Shown here: positions 16,444 to 26,738 of the stretch, in pieces
Position numbering within the stretch: position 1 is the first letter of the stretch
Layout: each line of letters starts with the position of its first letter
Origin: Desulfobacterales bacterium
Lineage (GTDB): Bacteria > Desulfobacterota > Desulfobacteria > Desulfobacterales > ETH-SRB1
DNA length: 26,738 nt
Assembly: GCA_030017395.1 (NCBI GenBank)
Contig: JASEIZ010000001.1
Location: forward strand, 1-26,738
Reading direction: 5' to 3'
Translations under genes and position numbers: made by a program
Notes under the pieces: generated by a model
What the model saw: only the letters and a program-made list of their open reading frames with translations
Databases searched by the model: none
What the model was told of the DNA's origin: nothing

Positions 16444-18615
16444 TTATCCTAAACTCTCACTCAATTCAAACAACCCTTCCGTATCTAATATCAACCCCAC
16501 ATTACCACCACCCATGATAGCACCGCCGGAAACCCCCTTGACACTTTTCAAACCTTTGCCAAGGTTCTTGATCACCACTTCCTCTCCACCAATAATTTCA
16601 TCTACCAGCAGGCATTTAGATCTGTTCTGACCCTCCACCACCACTATTACAGCATCCCAGGGGTCTTTATATTCAGGTTCTATGCCAAAAAGATTATATA
16701 ACCTTACCAACGGCAAAAGCTTGCCCATTATATTTATAGTTTCACCCTTATCGATTACCTTGTTGTATAATTCTCGTGCGGGGCGTAATAATTTTCTGAT
16801 GGCAGTAGTAGGAATAATATATTTTTCATTTCCTATCCGTACAACCATCCCGTTAATAATGGCCATTGTAAGAGGGAATCTGGCTGAAACAGTGGTGCCC
16901 TTGCCATACACACTATTAATTTCTATCTTTCCCCGTAATTTTTCAACAGCCTGCCGCACAACATCCATACCGACTCCACGGCCGGAAATATCTGTTACCT
17001 TTTTGGCGGTTGAAAGACCTGGGTGAAAAACAAGTCTGTAAATATCCTGATCCGGGAGGTCGTGCGAACCGTCAACAATCCCCTTTTCAACAGCTTTTTT
17101 CAGTATACTGTCCTTATCAAGCCCTTTGCCGTTATCTGATATTTCAATGACAATATTACCGCCTCTGTGGTATGCTCGAAGCTGTATTATACCTTTCTCG
17201 GTTTTTCCCAGTTTTACCTGTTCTTCCGGGAACTCTATGCCGTGATCCACTGCATTTCTTATCATGTGGACAAGGGGGTTATATATTTCATCCACCATAT
17301 TCCTGTCTATTTCCGTATCTTCGCCTTCCATAATCACACTAACTGTTTTCCCTGCATCCTTCGCCAGATCTCTTACAAGACGGGACATTCTTTGAAAGGT
17401 CTGCTTGATTGGCACCATCCTCAAGCTGGTGGATGTTCTCTGGAGCTCTGATGTAATGCTGGACAGCTGGGCAATATTTTTAGTTAGTTTACTGTCGCTG
17501 TTTGATTGAACAATCCTATTTTGCCTGATCATAGACTGTGTAATAACCATCTCACCGACCATATCGATTAGATCATCCAGTTTCTTGATATTCACTCTTA
17601 TTGCGGCAGTATCCATAACCTGATCCGCCTGTTTCCTCAGAGCCTGCGACACCTGCTTTGGAGTAGCCTTGCCTCCGGCAATCAGGATTTCTCCTATCTT
17701 CTTTGGCGGAATCGTCTGCTTTGCAACATCCAGCTCTTGTTCCAGAACTTTCTCTGTTACAACACCTTCTTCGACCAGTATCTCCCCCACTTTTTTTCTT
17801 TCCTGGACATCAGGTTCCCCATCACTAACGCTTTCTATTCGTGCTATCAAGGCAGGCAGATCAACCTTTAAAGGCTTAGCAGGGTTGCCTTCAAGATCAT
17901 CTCTCAACTTAACTATCATTGCCTTAAGGCTATCAGCTCCGTCAAGGATCACGTCTATAAGATGGGAAGTCACAACTAATTCACCACTCCTTGCTCTATC
18001 AAGCAGGGTTTCCAGGCTGTGGGCAAGTCCGCGGATCTGCTCCAGGTTCAGGAAGCTTGCCACCCCCTTTATAGAATGAAATGGCCTGAAAATATTATTG
18101 ATATAATCTTTGTTCTCGGGGGCCTGTTCCAGATTCAATATATTTATCTCGATCTCGTCAATATATTCGATGCCTTCAATAATAAAATCTCTTAACAATG
18201 ATTCATCCTGCGCATCAACCACGCTGGTTGCCGGTTGCTCGTTGCCGGCTGCCGGCTGCTCTCCCATAAGCGTGGGAATCAACTCCTCAAAAACCTCAAT
18301 ACCCCCTTCATAACCGCCTGTATTTTTAAAGCTCTCGCTAATATTCTGCATCAGGATGATCCCTTTCTCAAAGGCATTAAAACCCGCTTCTTCATCATCA
18401 ATCTCATTAAGAACCATTTTTTCTAAAAGCGAGTTCAAGCCGACGGCAACATTCTTTAACTGGAATATCTTACGGCTGTCCGCTTCTTTTATCAACTCAT
18501 TCAACTTATTAAAAAACTTCCCGGCATCAGGCACATCTATCTTTTTGCCGTCAATAAATAAAAAATCAGAAGCCATGCTGTCAGTCAAACTTATTAAAGA
18601 ATCATATTCTTCCAT
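16444..18615 (-). CDS. cheA: Chemotaxis histidine kinase CheA with an extra N-terminal domain and no recognisable P2
   Basis: Hpt FRPFHSIKG, dimerisation [35 protein letters not shown], and a C-terminal CheW domain. Confidence 0.95.
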   Translation of the reverse strand: MEEYDSLISLTDSMASDFLFIDGKKIDVPDAGKFFNKLNELIKEADSRKIFQLKNVAVGLNSLLEKMVLNEIDDEEAGFNAFEKGIILMQNISESFKNTGGYEGGIEVFEELIPTLMGEQPAAGNEQPATSVVDAQDESLLRDFIIEGIEYIDEIEINILNLEQAPENKDYINNIFRPFHSIKGVASFLNLEQIRGLAHSLETLLDRARSGELVVTSHLIDVILDGADSLKAMIVKLRDDLEGNPAKPLKVDLPALIARIESVSDGEPDVQERKKVGEILVEEGVVTEKVLEQELDVAKQTIPPKKIGEILIAGGKATPKQVSQALRKQADQVMDTAAIRVNIKKLDDLIDMVGEMVITQSMIRQNRIVQSNSDSKLTKNIAQLSSITSELQRTSTSLRMVPIKQTFQRMSRLVRDLAKDAGKTVSVIMEGEDTEIDRNMVDEIYNPLVHMIRNAVDHGIEFPEEQVKLGKTEKGIIQLRAYHRGGNIVIEISDNGKGLDKDSILKKAVEKGIVDGSHDLPDQDIYRLVFHPGLSTAKKVTDISGRGVGMDVVRQAVEKLRGKIEINSVYGKGTTVSARFPLTMAIINGMVVRIGNEKYIIPTTAIRKLLRPARELYNKVIDKGETINIMGKLLPLVRLYNLFGIEPEYKDPWDAVIVVVEGQNRSKCLLVDEIIGGEEVVIKNLGKGLKSVKGVSGGAIMGGGNVGLILDTEGLFELSESLG
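18226..18260. repeat. Five degenerate GGTTGCC/CGTTGCT-type heptamers inside cheA
   Basis: GGTTGCC GGTTGCT CGTTGCC GGCTGCC GGCTGCT encodes the linker [12 protein letters not shown]. It is the same unit as the intergenic array at about 18671-18706. Confidence 0.8.
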
Positions 18616-18647
18616 AATTTCAGACCTCGTAAATCTTTGCTAATGAG

Positions 18648-18770
18648 AGGTTCAAAGGTTCAGGGTTCAGGGTTGCTCGTTGCTCGTTGCTGGTTGCTCG
18701 TTGCTGTCTAACCTTCTAACCTTCTAACCTTCTAACCTTCTGAACTGTGAACCGTGGAACTGTGAACCTG
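18648..18770. repeat. Intergenic mosaic of short tandem repeats with inverted arms
   Basis: Three GGTTCAR units, five [GC]GTTGCT units, four CTAACCTT units, then GAACT/GAACC units complementary to the first arm. Confidence 0.9.
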
Positions 18771-18776
18771 AGTAGT

Positions 18777-20368
<1,592 letters not shown>

Positions 20369-20384
20369 TAAATATTTTGTCTTA

Positions 20385-20819
20385 TCAATCCGACAGAGTT
20401 GCCATCATGCCAACTCTTCCGGCATCTGAGTCAAAATCCATCCTGCAGGCATTTTTACCCAATTCAATGTCCCGTGGTTGCTTTCTAAATATCGGCGTTG
20501 ATAGATGAAAAACTTTTTTGCTGTTAAGTTTGCCAAGAAAATTCCCGCAGATCATATTGACCGCTTCTTTTGAGCAATCTTCCATACTCTGCGTGGTGAT
20601 TTCATGTTCCTGCAAGCTCAGCATGTTCTGAACCATGGTTTCCGCAACACCCGTAGAAAGAAATATACTGACATTCCCGTTTGCGGCTCCTTCAAACCTT
20701 ATGGCAGCCTCCATATCATATTCATTGTTTTCATCGTCCAGAGGCTCGAGAAATATAAAAAACATCTTTTCAAAGACCTCAAAAATCGAAATCCTTATCA
20801 TCTCCTCTATCTTCTTCAT
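20385..20819 (-). CDS. CheX/CheC-like phosphatase-family protein
   Basis: EVFEKMFF, IRFEG...G, MVQNML and CSKEAVNMICGNFL (E-x-x-N). Confidence 0.8.
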   Translation of the reverse strand: MKKIEEMIRISIFEVFEKMFFIFLEPLDDENNEYDMEAAIRFEGAANGNVSIFLSTGVAETMVQNMLSLQEHEITTQSMEDCSKEAVNMICGNFLGKLNSKKVFHLSTPIFRKQPRDIELGKNACRMDFDSDAGRVGMMATLSD

Positions 20820-21210
20820 ACTCTCCTTTATCGCTCATACCTACGACTTCATAAAGAATTTTTTTGATCTCTTCGGGCTGGAAAGGTTTTTTTATAAAAC
20901 CCTTTACTCCCAGATTAAAAGCATCCCGCATGCGTTCCTCACTGCTTTCCGCAGTTATCATTATGACGGGAATATCCTTGAAGAGATTGTCCTTCTTCAG
21001 ACTTACCAACAAATCAAAACCATTCATTACCGGCATATTTATATCCGATAAAATCACATCCACCCAATTGCCTGCCAGCACTGCCAGCGCCTCTTTACCA
21101 TTTTCGGCTTCAACACATTGATCCATCTTGAAACCTGAAATTGAAACAATCTTTTTTATAACGGCGCGCATCGAGTTTGAATCATCCACAATCATTACAT
21201 TTAAAGACAT
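20779..21210 (-). CDS. CheY-like receiver protein with acidic tail
   Basis: VMIVDDS, ILSDINMPVMNG, MITAE and FIKKPF; it overlaps the next gene by 41 nt. Confidence 0.88.
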   Translation of the reverse strand: MSLNVMIVDDSNSMRAVIKKIVSISGFKMDQCVEAENGKEALAVLAGNWVDVILSDINMPVMNGFDLLVSLKKDNLFKDIPVIMITAESSEERMRDAFNLGVKGFIKKPFQPEEIKKILYEVVGMSDKGEYEEDRGDDKDFDF

Positions 21211-21219
21211 GTTACCCCC

Positions 21220-21702
21220 TTACAACTCCCGCAGAGTTCTGTTGGACTCCTTAACAACAACTTTGCCGGTAGAAATATCCAGAAGAACTGTCCGGTTGTG
21301 AGATCCGCCGGTATCCTCGTTATCTATCATGACATTGTTCTTCCAGAAGATCTTTCTCAAAGCAGTTATGTTTTTCTGGCCGATCCGGAAGTGGTCTGAA
21401 ACATCCATGATGTTTGAACCGCCTGCAATCTTTACGATCATACGCCTTTTTTCAGATCCCAACATGTAACACGATTTGAACAAAAAAGGTATGCCGGTAT
21501 CGGCAAACATTGCCGGTTTCTTTAAAGCCTTATTTAAATCGAGCGATGAATCAGGAAGCATAAAATGCAAAAGTCCCCCTACCTTTACCACAGGATCATA
21601 AACAGCAACACCAATACATGAACCAAGGGCGTAGGCAATCAGAACATCCTCAACGTCTCTGCTCGCCTTCATATCTGAAATTCCAACTACAATACGGTTC
21701 AT
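21220..21702 (-). CDS. cheD: Chemoreceptor glutamine deamidase CheD (canonical motifs)
   Basis: VVGISD, ALGSCIGV, GGLLHFMLP, FADTGI, KIAGG, IGQKN and DTGG...RT. The start was set at ATG 21702; the track's extension lies in the repeat arm. Confidence 0.92.
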   Translation of the reverse strand: MNRIVVGISDMKASRDVEDVLIAYALGSCIGVAVYDPVVKVGGLLHFMLPDSSLDLNKALKKPAMFADTGIPFLFKSCYMLGSEKRRMIVKIAGGSNIMDVSDHFRIGQKNITALRKIFWKNNVMIDNEDTGGSHNRTVLLDISTGKVVVKESNRTLREL

Positions 21703-21715
21703 AAAGTTACCACAC

Positions 21716-21982
21716 GGTTCAAGGTTCAAAGGTTCTGGGTTCTGGGTTCACGGTTCAAGGTTCAAAGGTTCTGGGTTCTGGGTTCTGGGTTCACGGTTCA
21801 AGGTTCAAAGGTTCTGGGTTCAAGGTTCTGGGTTCTGGGTTCTGGGTTCCCGTTTTCACGGGAATGACAATCTCGTCTAATCGCCCGTCATTCCGGCGAA
21901 AGCCGGAATCCACTGCTTTGTTGGTCTGGGTTTTAAGTCAACCTCTGAACCCCTGAACCTCTGAACCTTTGAACCTTGAACC
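21716..21982. repeat. Composite intergenic repeat: long GGTTCAA/GGTTCTG array, REP core, GAACC inverted arm
   Basis: About 135 bp of 7-8 bp units (21716-21850), a core shared with 10494-10561, then CTGAACC units up to the cheR stop. Confidence 0.9.
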
Positions 21983-22816
21983 TCATTTACGATAAACACT
22001 CGGCTCGACATACTTAAACTGGTGCCTTAAACCTGTCAGGCTTTCGGAATGACCGGCAAAGAAATAACCCCCTTTTTTTAAGCAATCATAAAACCTCTCA
22101 ACCAGGCTCTTTTGCGTCTCTTTATCAAAATATATCATAACATTTCTGCAAAAAATTATGTCAAAGGTATTATTAAAAGAGGGCTTTTCCATAAGATTGA
22201 ATCTCCTGAACGTTATAACGTCTTTAAGCTCATTCTTCACCCGATAATAACCGCTCCAGTTTTTCTGCCCGATCTGAAAATATTTTTTTAGCAGCGAATC
22301 AGGAATATTTTTTGTCTTTTCCTTCGGATATACGCCGGCTACGGCGGTTTTGAGCGTCCGTGTTGAAATATCGGTGCCCAGTATCCGGAGATCACAATTT
22401 TTTTTACCAAAGATCTCGAGCGCAGCAATGGCAAGCGAATAGGGTTCCTCACCGGTTGAACAGCCAGCGCTCCATATCCTTAATTTTGGTATATTGCGCT
22501 CATTACAAGTCGCCTTTATCATTTTAGGCACAATCTCGTAAAGTTTGTTAAAATGGCTGTTTTCCCTGAAAAAGCTCGTCAGATTTGTGGAAATGGAATC
22601 AATCATGATAACAAGCTCATTAATCCCTTTTTCGGTGGTTACATAACGATAATAATCACTGAAAGACTTGAATTTTCCTTCTCTCAGGCGTTTGCTCAAT
22701 CTTGCCTTTACCAGCTCCTTCTTATTCTCTTGCAGATTGATGCCGCTATGTTCATAAATAAGACGGCTTATCTTTTCGAAATCAATATCCCTTAGTTCAT
22801 GTGCCATATTCGCCAA
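21983..22816 (-). CDS. cheR: Chemotaxis methyltransferase CheR
   Basis: STNLTSFFRE, RIWSAGCSTGEEPYSLA, GTDIS, FCRNVMIYFD and GHSESL. TTG start (ATG 22807 is an alternative). Confidence 0.95.
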   Translation of the reverse strand: MANMAHELRDIDFEKISRLIYEHSGINLQENKKELVKARLSKRLREGKFKSFSDYYRYVTTEKGINELVIMIDSISTNLTSFFRENSHFNKLYEIVPKMIKATCNERNIPKLRIWSAGCSTGEEPYSLAIAALEIFGKKNCDLRILGTDISTRTLKTAVAGVYPKEKTKNIPDSLLKKYFQIGQKNWSGYYRVKNELKDVITFRRFNLMEKPSFNNTFDIIFCRNVMIYFDKETQKSLVERFYDCLKKGGYFFAGHSESLTGLRHQFKYVEPSVYRK

Positions 22817-22854
22817 GATAGTCTCTCTTTCAATATTCAGATTGTTTAGAATAT

Positions 22855-22905
22855 AGGCTGAAGACCGTGGGTTTTTACAACATACAGCTTAAATAACTTC
22901 AGCCT
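22855..22905. repeat. Short inverted-arm element
   Basis: AGGCTGAAG ... CTTCAGCCT, perfect 9-bp arms. Confidence 0.55.
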
Positions 22906-22929
22906 GTCTACATGAACGCCTAAAAATGC

Positions 22930-24801
22930 TTAAAATTCCCTTCCTTTTATGGAAACAACCTGATCATGACCGACTTCTTTTGTGCTATAAACAGCTAACT
23001 CTTTATAAGCAGCCCTCTTCTCAGGAGCTCGATAGTCTTTTCGGGAAACAGGCACTACAATATGGCCTGTAGAAGCTGATGCCCTCATCGTCCCAATATC
23101 CTCCCTGCTCCCCAGTCCTTTCCCGCTTCCGCCGACTAAGACTGACAGATCTTCTACAACCTCCATTATCTGATCTGCCTGTACACTCATCTCTGCAGAA
23201 GCAGACGCCGACTCTTCGGCATTGGCGGCATTCTGCTGGGTTACCTTGTCCATCTCGGCTACGGCGATGTTTACCTGCTCAATACCCTGAGACTGCTCAT
23301 CTGAAGCAGCGGCAATCTCGCCGATGAGCTCTCCTACCTTGGAAGAGCTTTCCGCAACCTTTTTAAATACACCGCTGGTTTGCGCTACCAACCCGGATCC
23401 GCCTTTGACCTTTTTCACCGTTCCTTCTATCAGCACAGCCGTGTTTCTGGCTGCTTCGGCAGAGCGAAGCGCAAGATTCCTGACCTCTTCGGCCACTACC
23501 GCAAACCCTGCTCCTGCCTCGCCTGCGCGGGCCGCTTCTACTGCCGCGTTTAACGCAAGCAGATTGGTTTGAAATGCGATCTCATCGATTGTCTTGACAA
23601 CCTTCTGGGTTTCATCGCTGGCGCTGGAAATTTCTTCCATTGCTTTGGTAAGTTCAGTCATTGAAGACCCGGCATCTGATACCACCTGGCTGGTTTCTTT
23701 CATAAGCTTATCCGCCTGACCCGCATTATCCGCATTCTGTTTGGTCATGGAGGACATCTCTTCAAGTGATGATGATGTCTCTTCGATCGAGGCTGCCTGC
23801 TCGGACGCCCCCTCTGCCAGAGACTGGCTGGATGAAGATATCTCCCCGGACGCTGAGGATACATGGTCGGCGCCCACGGTCAATTTCTGCACAATTTTGT
23901 TAATAGGCATGCTTATAGACCTGGCAAAAAAGATGGTAATGATAAGGACCAACAGGGCAAAGATACCGGTAATAATTATGCCGCCCTTGATAACACCGCT
24001 GACATTCATTACTTCATCCTGGTAGGCATCGATGGCCACAATCCAATCCCATGGTTTATAATACTTGTAAAAGACGATCTTGTCCCGCCCTTCCTGCTTA
24101 TAGACAAGATAGCCCTCCCTGGCCTGGCAGATTTTCCTGGCAAAATCGTAATTTAACAGGTTCTTGCCTTCCAGCTTTGGGTGCCCGACCAATGTGCCGT
24201 CCGGTTTAATAAAGAATATATGGCCGGATGCTCCGATCTTGATCCCTTTTGACAAATCACGCGCGCCACCCGCTATCCTGGGGCCAATGACCTTAGACCT
24301 TATAGCTTCCTGGTACTCGTTGGTTTGTACTACCTTTACCCACTTTCTGATCTGAGTCTCCAGCGCCGCTCCTGCCCTGGTCAACTCACCAAAGTCGGCC
24401 AACATACCCTTGGTAAATTTATCAAAAACAGCCTCATAATCTTTCAGGGCCGCAGGCACGTCTCCCACATATACGGTGGAATTCTTGATCCCTCCAATAA
24501 TTTCATGCCATTTTTTGACGCTTTTCTCGTCCTCTGAGATGACAAAATTCTTCTCCTGCTCCCGCGCCTGTAGAATCCACATAACCTCTTCGCCGATCTC
24601 AGCCTCTTTAACCAATGCCTCGTAAGCATCCAGTATCTCCCAGACAAACCCGATCATATTGGTAAAATCCTGTCGAACCAACATACCCAGCTCTTTCTTC
24701 GAGGTCCTGAGGTTAAGACCGGTTACAATAAGGATAGGAACCAAAGACAAAACAAGTGTCAGCATTATAATCTTAGTCCCGAGCTTCAAATTAAACTTCA
24801 T
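22930..24801 (-). CDS. Methyl-accepting chemotaxis protein, 2 TM, Cache-type sensor, no obvious HAMP
   Basis: [40 protein letters not shown] hairpin tip and methylation helices [16 protein letters not shown]. The start was set at ATG 24801 (SD AAGGAGG). Confidence 0.95.
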   Translation of the reverse strand: MKFNLKLGTKIIMLTLVLSLVPILIVTGLNLRTSKKELGMLVRQDFTNMIGFVWEILDAYEALVKEAEIGEEVMWILQAREQEKNFVISEDEKSVKKWHEIIGGIKNSTVYVGDVPAALKDYEAVFDKFTKGMLADFGELTRAGAALETQIRKWVKVVQTNEYQEAIRSKVIGPRIAGGARDLSKGIKIGASGHIFFIKPDGTLVGHPKLEGKNLLNYDFARKICQAREGYLVYKQEGRDKIVFYKYYKPWDWIVAIDAYQDEVMNVSGVIKGGIIITGIFALLVLIITIFFARSISMPINKIVQKLTVGADHVSSASGEISSSSQSLAEGASEQAASIEETSSSLEEMSSMTKQNADNAGQADKLMKETSQVVSDAGSSMTELTKAMEEISSASDETQKVVKTIDEIAFQTNLLALNAAVEAARAGEAGAGFAVVAEEVRNLALRSAEAARNTAVLIEGTVKKVKGGSGLVAQTSGVFKKVAESSSKVGELIGEIAAASDEQSQGIEQVNIAVAEMDKVTQQNAANAEESASASAEMSVQADQIMEVVEDLSVLVGGSGKGLGSREDIGTMRASASTGHIVVPVSRKDYRAPEKRAAYKELAVYSTKEVGHDQVVSIKGREF

Positions 24802-24818
24802 GGCAACCCTCCTTATAT

Positions 24819-24906
24819 GGTTGTTGGTCAAGTAGTCGAGTAGTCAAGTGGTTAACTGTTTTACTATTCAACAACTCGACTACCCGACTAATTAACGACT
24901 CAACCT
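24819..24906. repeat. Inverted-arm octamer repeat element
   Basis: GGTCAAGT AGTCGAGT AGTCAAGT faces ACTCGACT ACCCGACT. Confidence 0.7.
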
Positions 24907-24915
24907 AATCCATTC

Positions 24916-25722
24916 TTATTGGGCTGGAACCATCCCGTTTTTCTGGATAATCGCTTTGCCGGCGCCGGTTAAAAAATAATCCACATATGCCTTGACATCA
25001 CCTGCGGGCTGGCCTTTTGTCACAAGATACAACTCTTGTATAACGGGATATCCAGGGTCAACAGGGTTTTTGCCGTTCACCTTTATCGCCTTGAGCGCCG
25101 GATGGCTGACAACAGCGCCATAAGAGATGAACGATACCGCCATGATGTTTCCTTTAACCTTTTCGATCGTATCGCTGGCTGTTGGGGTAATAACAGCCGA
25201 CCCGACAAAACCCAGATCACCCATAACCGCTTTTTTAAAGTTCTTGTTACAGGCAGTCTTGGTCTGGGGAATGGCAACCTGAATGGAACCGGCTGCCCCG
25301 CCAACATTTTTCCAGTCCGTGATCTGCCCGGTAAACACCTTCTGTACATCTGCGAGCGATAACTGGTTGATTGGATTATTTTTATCCACGTACACCGCAA
25401 TGGGGTCTTTGGCCACGAAAGTCTCAACCAGGGTTTTATCCTGCGCCTTTTCACCAAGCTTTAACTTGCGGGCCACCGTAGCTATGGTACATGTCCCCTT
25501 AATGATGGCCTTTACGCCTGCCCCTGATGTATCGTAAGCTGCCACGGCCTTTATTCCTGTATCCTTAATAAATGCCTTTGTCCCCTCCGCGATAAACGCA
25601 GAATCCATTTGTGCTGAACCATAAACATTAATATCCTGCGCAACCGCACATGGGACTCCTCCAATCATACTAACTAAAACCATGGAAATTATTGCCGTAC
25701 TGATTAACATATACCTTTTCAC
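24916..25722 (-). CDS. Exported PstS-fold (PBP_like_2) substrate-binding protein
   Basis: Signal peptide, AKDPIAVYVDKNNPINQLSLADVQKVFTGQITDWKNVGG, and YPVIQELYLVT..P.G.VK.YVDYFL...GK.II.K.G. GTG start with SD AAAGGAGG. Confidence 0.85.
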   Translation of the reverse strand: MKRYMLISTAIISMVLVSMIGGVPCAVAQDINVYGSAQMDSAFIAEGTKAFIKDTGIKAVAAYDTSGAGVKAIIKGTCTIATVARKLKLGEKAQDKTLVETFVAKDPIAVYVDKNNPINQLSLADVQKVFTGQITDWKNVGGAAGSIQVAIPQTKTACNKNFKKAVMGDLGFVGSAVITPTASDTIEKVKGNIMAVSFISYGAVVSHPALKAIKVNGKNPVDPGYPVIQELYLVTKGQPAGDVKAYVDYFLTGAGKAIIQKNGMVPAQ

Positions 25723-25771
25723 GATAAACCTCCTTTATTTGTTGTTTGTAAATTCAATTTAAATAATCTTT

Positions 25772-26284
25772 CTACGCTGTTTCATCTAAAACAGCCATTT
25801 CTTTAGCACTCAGCACCCGATCGATATCAAGCAGTATTTTAACCCCTCCTTCCATCTTGGCCATACCGAGAATATATGCTGTATCCAACCTGGTTCCGAA
25901 TACCGGCGTATCTTCAATATCCTCTGCTTTGATGTTTAAGACTTCTGAAACGGAATCGACTACTATGCCGATCAGGATATTTGCTGCCCGGCTCTTGAGT
26001 TCGACCACGATTATGCAGGTACGTTCGGTATACTCACTCTTTTCTATGGAAAATCTCAGCCTTAAATCAAGCACAGGGATGACCTTGCCGCGAAGGTTTA
26101 TCACCCCTTTCACAAACTCCGGCGTCTGCGGCACAATAGTAATCGGCATCATCCCAATGATTTCTTTGATCTTCAGGATGCCTATGCCATACTCTTCGCC
26201 TGCCAGAGAAAAGGTAAGATATTTTCCTTCTTTGTCTTTAATAACCTTTACGGCCTGATCCATTGTTTCCGTTAATTCCGTCAT
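25772..26284 (-). CDS. cheW: Chemotaxis coupling protein CheW
   Basis: KYLTFSLAGEEYGI, VKGVINLRGKVIPVLDLRLRF, GIVVDSVSEV and KILLDID. Confidence 0.96.
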   Translation of the reverse strand: MTELTETMDQAVKVIKDKEGKYLTFSLAGEEYGIGILKIKEIIGMMPITIVPQTPEFVKGVINLRGKVIPVLDLRLRFSIEKSEYTERTCIIVVELKSRAANILIGIVVDSVSEVLNIKAEDIEDTPVFGTRLDTAYILGMAKMEGGVKILLDIDRVLSAKEMAVLDETA

Positions 26285-26317
26285 TTTTTATATCTCCTTT
26301 TTATTTAAACGTCTTAA

Positions 26318-26518
26318 TCATCCACAAAGATCATGAATCGCTGATTCTGAAAAACCGAACTCTTTCAACAATCTCATCACCTCAGAAACAGAAATCTTAT
26401 GATGTTCGCCTATCTTATAGGCACTAATCTTCCCGTTTTTTATCCATCGATAAATTGTCACCCGATTAACATTAAACATTATGGCTACTTCTGAAGTAGA
26501 ATAGAGTGTTTCCGTCAT
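26318..26518 (-). CDS. Small excisionase/MerR-like HTH_17 DNA-binding protein
   Basis: LYSTSEVAIMFNVNRVTIYRWIKNGKISAYKIGEHHKI; SD AGGTGG. Confidence 0.85.
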   Translation of the reverse strand: MTETLYSTSEVAIMFNVNRVTIYRWIKNGKISAYKIGEHHKISVSEVMRLLKEFGFSESAIHDLCG

Positions 26519-26533
26519 TTAACCACCTTTTAC

Positions 26534-26575
26534 ATGCAAAAATTATGCAACATGCAACGATTTTATCCAATGCAA
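26534..26575. repeat. Four direct ATGCAA copies in the operon leader
   Basis: Copies at 26534, 26545, 26552 and 26570. Confidence 0.6.
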
Positions 26576-26586
26576 CTGTTGTATAT

Positions 26587-26613
26587 TAATCGGTAAAAAA
26601 TAAAAAAACTTTA
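26587..26613 (-). promoter_or_regulatory. Probable sigma28 (FliA) promoter of the chemosensory operon
   Basis: The minus strand reads TAAAGTTT-N11-ACCGATTA; the consensus is TAAAGTTT-N11-GCCGATAA. Spacing is exact, with 2 mismatches. Confidence 0.7.
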
Positions 26614-26670
26614 TAGATTATTTGCGGCAGGCTTAATAAAAAGTCTTTTTTGTTACCCTGAATACATTTG

Positions 26671-26698
26671 AAGCTCCCAGCCGCAAGCAGCGGGGAAT
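26671..26698. repeat. Imperfect palindrome resembling IS200/IS605-type end or REP hairpins
   Basis: AAGCTCCCAGCCGCAAGCAGCGGGGAAT at the window edge; no transposase is visible. Confidence 0.3.
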
Positions 26699-26738
26699 GT
26701 TCTGCCTGACGGCAGTGCTTCGCAGCGACCGTAAGGAA

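Noticed and set aside
21716-21982. CRISPR array (also considered for 18648-18770 and 10469-10722)
   Set aside because: Units are 7-8 bp and tandem, with no unique spacers of regular length and no cas genes.
26550-26575. Sigma54 promoter for the chemosensory operon (TGGATAAAATCGTTGC)
   Set aside because: GG-to-GC spacing is 11, not the required 10; the sigma28 match is better.

Overview
This is a moderately AT-rich bacterial chromosome window, most like Desulfobacterota (an inference from gene content and style). Almost everything is on the minus strand. (1) 1-8264 is a type IV pilin locus: pilS-pilR, a sigma54 promoter and pilA, followed by at least two tandem TMTC-like (GT-C + TPR) membrane glycosyltransferase genes. 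The first of these is split by a 1-nt frameshift in a T7 tract. A plus-strand AbiE-type toxin-antitoxin pair in toxin-first order and a YafQ-like scar sit between pilR and pilA. (2) 8254-13489 is housekeeping: pyrC, pyrB, lepB, pgpA, larC and tRNA-Sec. (3) 13616-26518 holds a sigma54 response regulator and a convergent chemosensory operon with a probable sigma28 promoter. The operon order is HTH_17, cheW, orphan PstS-fold binding protein, MCP, cheR, cheD, cheY-like, cheX-like, cheD-like, cheB, cheA, cheY, cheX, REC. Most intergenic spacers contain REP-like hairpins or inverted arms of 7-8 bp tandem repeats, and these repeats also occur inside pyrC and cheA. The best candidates for undescribed biology are a TMTC-like, possibly phase-variable pilin glycosylation and defence locus, and a chemosensory system pairing an orphan binding protein with a chimeric MCP and a CheA carrying MshEN-like motifs. 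All family assignments come from motif recognition; no database searches were run.
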